Positions 10,901 through 18,700 of a stretch of 64,000 nt of DNA are shown here, piece after piece. Source of the DNA: Deltaproteobacteria bacterium. Lineage in GTDB: Bacteria > Desulfobacterota > GWC2-55-46 > DRME01. The stretch lies in the NCBI GenBank assembly GCA_011375175.1, contig DRME01000063.1, forward strand, positions 12,182 through 76,181, in the 5' to 3' direction. The position numbers and the translations under genes are program-made. Positions within the stretch are counted from its first letter, which is position 1. Every line of letters begins with the position of its first letter. Under the pieces are notes generated by a model, which ran no database searches, had not been told where the DNA came from, and saw only the letters and a list, made by a program, of their open reading frames with translations.

Positions 10901-12086
10901 CTTCGAGAGCGAAGAGCCCCTTCGAGTGCGCGACATAGTGGTAAGGGCCGACTACTACGACTACATGGGGCTTCGCTCCGGCGAGCACTACGACCGGGAG
11001 GCGAGGGAGGCCGAGGCCCGCTCCATGGAGCGGGCCGGGAGGATCGGGCTCTCCATACAGTGGTTCGTCACATGGAAGTGCACGCTCAAGTGCCCCTACT
11101 GCTGGCAGGAGATAGAGAAGGGCATATACCGGTCCGAGTCGCTCAACCGCATCCCTCCGCAGCGGTGGGCCGAGGGCTTCAACGCCCTGAGACCCGCCAT
11201 GCTCTACTTCACGGGGGGCGAGCCCTCGCTCTACAAGCGCCTGCCCGAGCTCGTGAACCTGCTCGACGGGGATATAAGCCTCATGATGACCTCCAACCTC
11301 GGCCCCTCCTTCGACGTGGAGAGGTTCGCGTCGGTCGTGCCGGCCGACAGGTTCCACGAACTCACCTTCAGCTTCCACCCCACCCAGCAGGACTACGACG
11401 GCTTCTTCGCAAAGCTCGGCTATCTCGCCGAAAAGAAGGTGAAGAACCTGCAGGTGGAGATGGTCCTCTACCCGGAGAACCTGCCCTGGGCCGCCCGGGT
11501 GCTCGATGAGTGCCGCAGGCTCGGCGTGGCGCTCCGCTACGACCCCTGCGTGAGCTCGGAGACCGAGCGCATCGACCTCTCGGGGCTCGACAGGGAGGAG
11601 GTGAGGGACTGGGTCCGCCGGGCCGTGGAGCACACGGCGACGGTGAAGGAGCTCGACCCGGCCTCGGACAGGGACCGCTACTACGACTTCGACAAGAGCC
11701 AGTTCTGGGACGAGTGCGCCGAACCGGACCCCACAGCCCACACCGTAGAGGATGAAGAGCTCCGGTGTGGGGGGGCGGAGGCGGAGAAGCCCCCGGTGGG
11801 ACGCTTCCCCATATTCTGCCCGGCCGGCATGAGGCGCATAAACGTGGACGGCAACGGAAACGCCTTCGTCTGCATGAGCGCCGTGGGCAGGGGCAAGGTC
11901 TTCGGGGCCGAGGCCCTGCCCCACTACGGCTCCATAGGCAACATATTCTCCGAAGACTTCAGGCTCCTCGAGCGTCCCGTCATCTGCTGGGAGTCGTTCC
12001 GCTGCTCGGCCTGCGACTTCCAGCTCCTCGACAGGGCCTGGACCGCCATGGCCCCCCGGCTCAAGGGGCTCCCCATACCGGAATGA
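7989..12086 (+). CDS. Multidomain protein: CapK/PaaK-like adenylate-forming ligase, three copies of a ~125-aa unassigned repeat module, and a radical SAM/SPASM domain
   Basis: aa 1–~450 match the coenzyme F390 synthetase/CapK family (RTGGSTGASTVVYYS…, LVQGHPSTFYALARY). aa ~470–1000 hold three related repeats (GW..LE..G.FRW…GWR.Y.FPL…LT…DDR.LGVMVS.VE). aa ~1010–1365 hold an rSAM core (CTLKCPYC) and a Cys-rich C-terminus (CPAG…CMSAVG…CWESFRCSAC). It is one uninterrupted ORF. Possible internal starts at ~9377 (preceded by GGAAGAGGG) and ~11024 have no intervening stop. Confidence 0.65.
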   Translation: MLREFVGPYLVYPLTERIEGRRIRPKLRVLEREWALPFEQRLALRRRALGRILELAGRTVPYYRDLFRARGFDPSKVEKDPARLEELPYLTKEIIAEQGERLISGNHRREDLHERRTGGSTGASTVVYYSQEALDWTAAANLFVLRWTGRAPHMREARLSSRFPETFPLRDRVREWIKCLALNRVNITTDSFDDDAMARLWEELRAARPYLVQGHPSTFYALARYLEREGIEGGGVLEVFESTGEVLDRRKRQAIESILGCRVFDRYGDAEFGVVAYETGGGRGLKVLDAMVWPETAPVEGGRPGKDAPGEEPGEEIVLTGLTNDAMPLVRYRTGDLGILEERGDGFYLDSIAGRVHDRVRIGAKSYPTHYIQDVLDRLGRIHDFQIELCDGGAPLLRLVVPDEAARPAIEERIRKWWGRAVEIEFCDFAGLRRVGWRGKFRYVVGGGADAASPPCQGEEGIMRQEAAIETDAPEGGAGSGRGRRPLSVSHSSGWYAPENDGVREFRWSSLDATFTIDRLPAPRPPFLMIYAGSPPTGSRRRLTLSGEGGEASLEVKPGWRWYVFPLDGTIGAGRKGRIAVDVPFRAPGDDRTLGLMVSRIEWCDDFHMLFVNDEISSAVRPDVELVEGWHGLEDSGERPFRWCAAEATVRINRPLDGCKPFVVVRAGLPEGSAPRRMSFRGRAGEMSFQCRPGWRYYIFPLRDVMGGDNLVTLTVDGAQVDGADGRTLGVMVSSVELASSYGMLHVNDEASAAGPPEVELLDGWRALEETGPFRFRWCAAEATGRINGRSGGEGGRLVVRCALPRGAASARLVLSGARGSRGAELLDGWRFYSFPLKETVGDDGRFTLTVDGGCVVGDDGARLGVMVSSVELADDGAMEVYDERREFKDAVLYELRTEEGVKGAVTVGGAPGGGKKVYLDVTYVADPRRGGRAAFKAGGFHCSPRVLGGGLRSFSIEVPGAALAEDRALAFESEEPLRVRDIVVRADYYDYMGLRSGEHYDREAREAEARSMERAGRIGLSIQWFVTWKCTLKCPYCWQEIEKGIYRSESLNRIPPQRWAEGFNALRPAMLYFTGGEPSLYKRLPELVNLLDGDISLMMTSNLGPSFDVERFASVVPADRFHELTFSFHPTQQDYDGFFAKLGYLAEKKVKNLQVEMVLYPENLPWAARVLDECRRLGVALRYDPCVSSETERIDLSGLDREEVRDWVRRAVEHTATVKELDPASDRDRYYDFDKSQFWDECAEPDPTAHTVEDEELRCGGAEAEKPPVGRFPIFCPAGMRRINVDGNGNAFVCMSAVGRGKVFGAEALPHYGSIGNIFSEDFRLLERPVICWESFRCSACDFQLLDRAWTAMAPRLKGLPIPE

Positions 12087-13405
12087 GCGGCGGCGCGGGA
12101 GAGGACGGCATCATGTTCGTACTGCAGGACCTCAAGAGAGCAAGACCCATCGAGTTCGACGGCCACGTCCACTTCACCTGGCTCGGCGAGGAGTCGGTCT
12201 TCGACATCGAGTGGCCCGCAGGAGCGGTGACGGGCACCCCCTTCCTCGAACTGCGGCTCGGCTACCCCGAAAAGGACCGGGACAAGCGGATAACGGCCTC
12301 CGGCGCGGTCGTGGAGGGCGGAGCGGTCAGCCTGCCCGTGGAGCGCGGATGGACGAGCTACTTCATCCCCCTCAGGGGGGGCAGGGGGGGAGGCGGGGGG
12401 CCGGTTACGCTTACGGTGAATAAGCCCCTCGACGCGCCCGGTGACGACCGTTTTCTCGGCGTGATGCTCTCCTACGGCGCCGTCACCGACGATGTGCGGC
12501 GCATAGATGAGATACGCCGGGTGAGCCGCGCCGTGAACGAAGGGCTCGATGCCTGCCGGGACGTGGAGCATGAGAGGTGGAACGAAAGGCTCCGGGAGCG
12601 CTTCATCGCCGACGGCGACGACTTCTATACCGCCAACGTCCAGCCCTCTCCGACGGCCCGCGTCCTGGAGGACCCGGTGGAGAGCCTCTCGGTGCGCTAC
12701 AAGCGGGAGCGCTGGATAGCCGGGAAGGTCGAGGGGCCCGGCGTGCTCCTCGACGTGGGCTGCGGCCACGGCGGGCTCACGGCCCTGAAGAAGAAGGGGG
12801 TGGACCTCATAGGGCTGGACCTCTCGTTCGAGAACTGCGCGACGGCGAGAGGGCGCGGCTACGACCTCTGCATAAAGGGCTCGGCCGTTGAGCTCCCCCT
12901 GAGGGACTCGTCGGTCGACTACCTGGTCTCGCTCGACGTGCTCGGCCACATACCGGCGGAGCTCAAGGGCCGCATGATCGACGAGTTCCACCGCGTGCTG
13001 CGGCCCGGCGGCCTCTGTCTCCACCTCATAGAGACCGACAGGTTCGTCCCCTCGGAGATGGACCCGGCCGACTACATGCGCATGGTCGTGGTGGACGGCC
13101 ACGTGGGCATAGAGGAGAGGGCGAAGAGCGAAGCGCTCTTCGCCGCGCGCTTCGAGATCGTCGAGAGCTTTCTGGTCGGCAACGTCTGCATGTCCCTCGA
13201 GCACTGGGTGAGGGCCCACGACCTCTACGGCGCCAACCTGCCGGGCGAGCTCGTCGCCTTCTTCCTCAACGCCTCGGAGCGCGAGCGCCGGTTCTTCGAC
13301 ATCGGCGCGGGCTGGACCTTCTGGAAACTGGTGGACGAGGGCTATGACTCGAAGTCGTCGGGCGGACTGCTCTTCCTTCACGCAAGGAAGCCTTTCGAGG
13401 GGTAG
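12083..13405 (+). CDS. Class I SAM-dependent methyltransferase with one N-terminal copy of the ~125-aa repeat module
   Basis: ATG overlaps the upstream stop (ATGA). The N-terminus (…FTWLGEESVFDIEWP…RGWTSYFIPL…PVTLTVNKPLDAPGDDRFLGVMLSYGAV) aligns to the repeats in 7989–12086. The C-terminus has MTase motif I VLDVGCGHGGLT, then …LDLS…VDYLVSLDVLGHIP… and FHRVLRPGG. Confidence 0.75.
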   Translation: MSGGAGEDGIMFVLQDLKRARPIEFDGHVHFTWLGEESVFDIEWPAGAVTGTPFLELRLGYPEKDRDKRITASGAVVEGGAVSLPVERGWTSYFIPLRGGRGGGGGPVTLTVNKPLDAPGDDRFLGVMLSYGAVTDDVRRIDEIRRVSRAVNEGLDACRDVEHERWNERLRERFIADGDDFYTANVQPSPTARVLEDPVESLSVRYKRERWIAGKVEGPGVLLDVGCGHGGLTALKKKGVDLIGLDLSFENCATARGRGYDLCIKGSAVELPLRDSSVDYLVSLDVLGHIPAELKGRMIDEFHRVLRPGGLCLHLIETDRFVPSEMDPADYMRMVVVDGHVGIEERAKSEALFAARFEIVESFLVGNVCMSLEHWVRAHDLYGANLPGELVAFFLNASERERRFFDIGAGWTFWKLVDEGYDSKSSGGLLFLHARKPFEG

Positions 13406-13414
13406 GGTGGGGCG

Positions 13415-14494
13415 GTGCCCGGCAGTGGATGCAGGGAAGACGGCTTGAAGAGAAGGAGCTGCATACTCGCGGCCGCGGTCCTGGGAGTTCTCGCAGCCGC
13501 GGCCCTGGCCTTTTCACTGTGGTGGTGCGAGCCGTCGCGCCGGCTCGTCCGCGCCGTAGACCTCCACGCCACGGCCCCGGACGTGCGCTTCGGCGTCTAC
13601 TTCTATCCCTGGTACGACAAGGGCCGCTGGGCCGTGCCCCGCCGCCACACCCCCCTTCGTGGCGAGTACGACTCGACCGACCCCGGGCTCATAGCCGCCC
13701 AGATGGACGAGATACGCTCGGCGGGCTTCGACTACGTAATCATCGAGATGGTCCCGCCCGACGACCACGCCTTCGGGGTGGTGGAGAAGGGCATCGAGGC
13801 GGCCGTTGCGAGGCTGCGCGAGATCGGCATGGAGTGGACCTTCCTCATCGACGCGGCCTTCCTGCTCGCCCCGGAGCGGACCGCGAAGATCCACGACATG
13901 ATGGCATACATCGAAAAGCGGGGCTGGACCGACGGACTGACCGACGGGCCGACCGGCAGGGACCTGCTTCTGGTCTTCGCGCCCGACGCCCACGAGGCCG
14001 ACCTGCTGCTCGACCGCTACGGCGGGCGCTACGAGCTGCGCTTTCCGAACTTCCATCCCCGCTGGTCCATGGCCGTTGACGAGGAGATCATCATACCGGG
14101 CCCGAGGACCGGGCGCCTGAGGGAGAAGGCCCGCACGGGGCGGGTCTCCATATACGAGTATCTCAAGGCCCTCGGTTTCATCGCCTTCTGGACGGAGACG
14201 GGGCAGATGCGCCTTTTCGACGGCTTCGTGTCGGTGGTGCCTGGCTATGACGACACGCTCCTGGAGCGCACTCCCCAGGTGGCCCCCATAGTGGGACGGC
14301 GCGAGGGACGCACCTACGCCGAACAGCTCGAAAGGGCCATGGCGCTGGGCCCCGAGCACGTGCTCGTCTACAGCTGGAACGAGTACCTCGAGGCCACGGC
14401 CATAGAGCCCACAAGGGAGTTCGGCCGTCTCTACGTGGATATGACCCGCCGGTTCATCGAGCGGGTGCGCTCGGCGCGGGCCCAGGCCCACTGA
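13415..14494 (+). CDS. GH99/WbsX-like domain protein with signal/anchor peptide (paralog 1)
   Basis: Contains VYFYPWYDKGRW…HTPLRGEYDSTDPGLIAAQMDEIRSAGFDYVII…YSWNEYLEATAIEP. The FYYPWYG/G.Y.S.D/..Q…AG pattern is GH99 (endo-mannosidase-like). The N-terminus is hydrophobic. The true start may be the TTG at ~13448 (MKRRSCILAAAV…). Confidence 0.7.
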   Translation: MPGSGCREDGLKRRSCILAAAVLGVLAAAALAFSLWWCEPSRRLVRAVDLHATAPDVRFGVYFYPWYDKGRWAVPRRHTPLRGEYDSTDPGLIAAQMDEIRSAGFDYVIIEMVPPDDHAFGVVEKGIEAAVARLREIGMEWTFLIDAAFLLAPERTAKIHDMMAYIEKRGWTDGLTDGPTGRDLLLVFAPDAHEADLLLDRYGGRYELRFPNFHPRWSMAVDEEIIIPGPRTGRLREKARTGRVSIYEYLKALGFIAFWTETGQMRLFDGFVSVVPGYDDTLLERTPQVAPIVGRREGRTYAEQLERAMALGPEHVLVYSWNEYLEATAIEPTREFGRLYVDMTRRFIERVRSARAQAH

Positions 14495-14504
14495 GCGGGC
14501 GGGG

Positions 14505-15557
14505 GTGCAGATGAGGTTGCGGGTCCTCGCCGCCGTCTTCGCCGTCCCCGCCGCGGCGGCTCTCATGCTCTGGTACGCCTGTCCGGAGCGCCGCGTAGCG
14601 GCGCTCTTCGATCCGCCCCGGGGCCTGGGGGACGTGAAGGTGGGCATATACTTCTATCCCTGGTACGACGACTCGCGCTGGCGCATCCCCCGCAGGCACA
14701 CCCCCCTTGCCGGCGAGTACCGCTCTGCCGACGGCTCCGTCATAGCCGGCCAGATGGAGCTTATTGCCTCCACCGGCGTGGACTACGTGATCTTCGAGCT
14801 CGTCGCCCCCGAGGACCACGCCTTCGCCCTCGTCGAAGAGGCGATAGCCGCGGCGATCCCCCACCTTCGGAGGCTGGGGCTGCGCTGGAGCTTCCTCTTC
14901 GACGCCGCGCCCTTCAGGCGGCGCGACCGCGACAGGCTCCTGCCGCGGCTCTTCCGGCTCATCGAGGAGCGGGGCTGGACCGACGGGCTCGTGGATGGGC
15001 CGAGCGGCAGGGAGCTCGTCTTCGTCTTCTCGCCCGCCCCGAGCGAGGCGGCGGCGCTCCTGGAACGCTACGGCGGCCGCTACGAGCTCCGCTTCCCCAT
15101 CTTCCTTCCCTCGTGGGACGCGACGCTGGAGCCCTCCAAGTTCGTCGACACGCCCTGGACGGCCGCCCTGCGCGATGAGGCCGCTTCCGGCGCCCTCACG
15201 CTCCACCGCTACTTCGAGGCCCTCCGCTACGTGGCCTTCTGGACCGGGACGGGGCAGATGCGCTCCTTCGACGGCTTCGTGGCGGTTGTGCCAGGCTACG
15301 ACGACACGCTCTTAAGGCGCACGCCACAGCTTGCGCCGGTCCTTGCGAGGCGGGAAGGCATGACGTACCTCGAGCAGTTCCAGGCGGCCGCGCGGCTTGG
15401 CCCCAGCCATATCCTCATCTACGGCTGGAACGAGTACCTCGAGGCCACGACAATCGAGCCGGCCGTGGAGTACGGCTTCTTCTATACCGATCTTACACGG
15501 GAGTTCATAGGGCGACTGAAGGACGGCGGCCGGCACACGAGCGCCGCCGCGCACTGA
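14505..15557 (+). CDS. GH99/WbsX-like domain protein with signal/anchor peptide (paralog 2)
   Basis: Tandem paralog of 13415–14494 with the same blocks throughout (IYFYPWYDDSRW…GEYRSADGSVIAGQME…YGWNEYLEATTIEP). Confidence 0.7.
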   Translation: MQMRLRVLAAVFAVPAAAALMLWYACPERRVAALFDPPRGLGDVKVGIYFYPWYDDSRWRIPRRHTPLAGEYRSADGSVIAGQMELIASTGVDYVIFELVAPEDHAFALVEEAIAAAIPHLRRLGLRWSFLFDAAPFRRRDRDRLLPRLFRLIEERGWTDGLVDGPSGRELVFVFSPAPSEAAALLERYGGRYELRFPIFLPSWDATLEPSKFVDTPWTAALRDEAASGALTLHRYFEALRYVAFWTGTGQMRSFDGFVAVVPGYDDTLLRRTPQLAPVLARREGMTYLEQFQAAARLGPSHILIYGWNEYLEATTIEPAVEYGFFYTDLTREFIGRLKDGGRHTSAAAH

Positions 15558-15560
15558 GAG

Positions 15561-17153
15561 ATGGAGATAGCGGTCCTGCATCACGAGGGGGAGGAGGTGG
15601 CAGGCGCCGTCGTGGAGGCGGCGATGGTCCGCTCCTTCACCGCCGGACAGGTGCGCCGCCGCACCTACGACACCATGGGGGAGCTCCCGGCCGGGGCCGT
15701 GCTCGTCGCCCCCGGCGACGGCGAGAGGGCCCTCGTGGAGAGGCTTTCAAGGGGAGGGCGCAAGGTCCTGGTCCTCGGCGAGCCCGGCCGTGAGGTCGCG
15801 CCGCTTCTCGGGCTCCGCACCGGCGCCCTGCCCGGCGAGGCGAAGGCGTGGCACCACGTGCGTCTCGACGGGAGTGAGCCCTTCAACGCTTCCCCGGTCT
15901 CGGTCCGTTACGACCGATCCCACGGCCTCGGCGCGGCGGCGGTCCTCGAGGAGCGGCCCCTTGCGCGATACGACTTCACCGACGAGTGGAACAACCTCGG
16001 CTACGGCCGCATGGGGCCATGGCCGGAAGAGGAGGGCGGCGGTCTCTGGGCCGTGGCCTGCCTGGCCGACGCCGACGGCGCGCGTCCCCTGGCGGCGCTC
16101 ACCGGCGGCGGCCGCCGCCTCTCGCTCTACGCAGCGGTCCTCGACCTGCCCCATGCCTCGCTCCTGTGGTTCAACAGGGCCGCCGGGCCCGTGGACAGCG
16201 TGGAATGGCGGCTCGTCGAGACCTTCTTCTGCGACTACAGGGCCGGAGAGCTTCCGACCTTCCCGCTTCTGTGCGAGGTGCCCTACGGCCTCGACGGTCT
16301 GGTGACCATGCGCCTGGACTGCGACCAGGCCGTCTCGTCGGCCCGTTGCCTCTTCGAGCTCTACAGTGACGAGGGCGTACCCTTTTCCATGGCCGTGACG
16401 CCGGGGATCGGGCTCGACGGCGAGGACATGAGACTCCTGAGGGACGTTGCGCGAAGCGGAGGGTCGCTGCTCACGCACTCCATGAGCCATCGGCCCGACT
16501 GGGGCGGCTGTTACGAGGCGGCCGTCGATGAGGTGAGGCGCTCGGTCTCCTGGCTGGAAGGCCATATCGAGGGGGCCGCGCCGGTGCGTTACGCCGTCTC
16601 GCCCTTCCACCGCAACCCCCCTTTCGCCGTGAGGGCCATGGCCGATGCCGGCATCGCCGCCTTCGTGGGCGGCATAATACACAACGACCCCCAGTATCTA
16701 CTGGGCCGCGCAGGCCGCGTCCCGGCCCTGCCGGAGTGCGCCGGACCCATGGTCTCGCTGAGCCAGCAGTGCATGCTCCACGGCGACTGCTTCCACCGCT
16801 ACGGCGACAGCGTCGAGCCCTACATCGAGTCCTTCTTCAACCACCTCGCCGCGGGCTCGATCTTCGGGTACCTGGACCATCCCTTCTCCGAGGCCTACAG
16901 CTACGGCTGGCGCGACGAGGAGGAGCGGGCCGGGGCCCACAGGGCCCTGATGGATGCGGTTAAGGGCGCGGGGAACATCGGGTTTTCTTCGCTCGGCGAG
17001 TGTCTCGACTTCCTCGTCATGCGAGACCGCGTGGTGCTGAGAAGCGATGGGGGCCGCCTCGTCGCCGAGGGGGCGACGGAGCAGGCGGGCCTGGAGCTCG
17101 CCGTGCGCCGCGACGGCGAGGTGCGACGGGCCGTCGAGGTGAGAAGGCCGTGA
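15561..17153 (+). CDS. Putative polysaccharide deacetylase (CE4/NodB-like) with N-terminal extension
   Basis: 530 aa. It has NodB-like motif 1 (…LVTMRLDCDQ…) and motif 2 (LLTHSMSHRP). The assignment is tentative. Confidence 0.45.
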   Translation: MEIAVLHHEGEEVAGAVVEAAMVRSFTAGQVRRRTYDTMGELPAGAVLVAPGDGERALVERLSRGGRKVLVLGEPGREVAPLLGLRTGALPGEAKAWHHVRLDGSEPFNASPVSVRYDRSHGLGAAAVLEERPLARYDFTDEWNNLGYGRMGPWPEEEGGGLWAVACLADADGARPLAALTGGGRRLSLYAAVLDLPHASLLWFNRAAGPVDSVEWRLVETFFCDYRAGELPTFPLLCEVPYGLDGLVTMRLDCDQAVSSARCLFELYSDEGVPFSMAVTPGIGLDGEDMRLLRDVARSGGSLLTHSMSHRPDWGGCYEAAVDEVRRSVSWLEGHIEGAAPVRYAVSPFHRNPPFAVRAMADAGIAAFVGGIIHNDPQYLLGRAGRVPALPECAGPMVSLSQQCMLHGDCFHRYGDSVEPYIESFFNHLAAGSIFGYLDHPFSEAYSYGWRDEEERAGAHRALMDAVKGAGNIGFSSLGECLDFLVMRDRVVLRSDGGRLVAEGATEQAGLELAVRRDGEVRRAVEVRRP

Positions 17154-18301
17154 AACGCGACATCATATTCTTCTCCACCGCCGACTGGGACAATCCTTTC
17201 TGGACCAACAAGCAGCACCTCGCCTCGGCGCTGGCCGACGAGGGCTTCAGGGTCCTCTACATCGAGTCGGCGGGGCTGCGGCGTCCCACGGCGCGGGCCG
17301 CCGACCTGCGCCGCATGTGGCGCAGGCTCGTAAAGGGCCTTTCCGGGCTCAAGAGGCCGAGAGAGGGGCTCTGGGTCTGGTCGCCCCTCGTCGTCCCGCT
17401 CCAGTCCAACCCCCTTGTCAAGGCCGTAAACGACGGCGTCATGACGGCGGCGCTGCGGCGACACATCCTGCGGCTTCGTTTCCGGGACCCGCTCTTCTGG
17501 ACCTACAACCCCATGTCGCTTCCCCTTGCTCGAAGCCTCGGCCTCGACGATATAGTCTACCACTGCGTCGACGACCTCTCGGCCATACCGGGCGCGGCGG
17601 CCGACGCCGTGCTTCGGGCCGAGAGCGAGCTTGCGGGGGCGGCCCGCATGGTCTTCACCACGAGCCCGACCCTCCAGCGGCGCTGCGAGGCGGCGGCTCC
17701 CGGAAGGTGCCGCTGCCTGCCCAACGTGGTGGACTTCGACCACTTCTCAAGGGCCATGGAGCCCGGGGACGAGCCCGCAGAGCTCGCCTCGGTAGAACGG
17801 CCGAGGATAGGCTTTGTGGGCGCCCTGAGCGAGTACAAGGTGGACTTCGACCTCATCGCCGCCCTCGCCGCCCGAAGACCGCAGTGGCAGTGGGTCCTGG
17901 TGGGCAAGGTCGGCGAGGGCCAGCCCGGCACTTCGGCGCAACGGCTCAGGGCCCCCAATATCCACCTCGTCGGTCCCAGGCCCTACGCTCTTGTGCCGCG
18001 CTGGCTCGCCGCCTTCGACGCGGCCGTCATACCTGCGCCGCTCAACGACTACACGCGCTCCATGTTCCCCATGAAGTTCTTCGAGTACCTGGCCGCCGGC
18101 AGGCCGGTCGTCGCCACCAGGCTCCCGGCCCTCGTCCCCTACGCCTCCGTGTGCCGGCTCGCATCTTCGGCCGACGAGTTCCTGGCCGGCATCGAAGACG
18201 CCCTCTCCGGCAGGATCGACACGGCGGGGGGAGTGGAACTCGCCCGGCGTCACACCTGGAAGTGGAGGACAGGCGAAATGCTCAGACTCCTCGACCTGTG
18301 A
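17149..18301 (+). CDS. Glycosyltransferase, GT4-like (group 1)
   Basis: GTG start overlaps the upstream stop. The N-terminus is DIIFFSTADWDNPFWTNKQHLASALADEGFRVLYIE. The C-terminus is …FPMKFFEYLAAGRPVV…, as in GT-B glycosyltransferases. Confidence 0.65.
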
Positions 18302-18413
18302 GGGCACAGCCCCCCCGACTGCGCTCCTCCGTCTTTTTGCTGTATTTTCAAATCCTTGCACAGAGCCGCCCGTAACTTTCCACTTGAACCCTCGACCTCT
18401 CTGTCCTAAAATA

Positions 18414-18623
18414 TGAGGAAACTCTGATTTATTACGCTGGGGGAAACTTTCTGTAGAAAGTTTCCCCCAGACCCCCTTCAAAGACTTTCAATACGAGGTG
18501 GTTTCCCCCTGTTTTGCCAAGCAAAACAGGGGGAAACCACCTCGCATTAAAAGTTTTTGGAGGGAGTCTGAGGGAACCTTTTTACAAAAAGGTTCCCTCA
18601 GTGCAATAAATCGGAGTCTCCAT
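18414..18623. repeat. Composite palindromic repeat, copy 2, MITE-like with ~23-bp terminal inverted repeats
   Basis: Left end is aggaaactctgatttattacgctg. Right end is cagtgcaataaatcggagtctcc. These are imperfect inverted repeats. The internal hairpins are identical to copy 1. Confidence 0.8.
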
Positions 18624-18700
18624 AACACCGGACGAAGCATATCTTCCGGCCGGCGGTCTTTCCGGTACGGCGCATGGGGATCGTCTGAAAGGATGTCATC

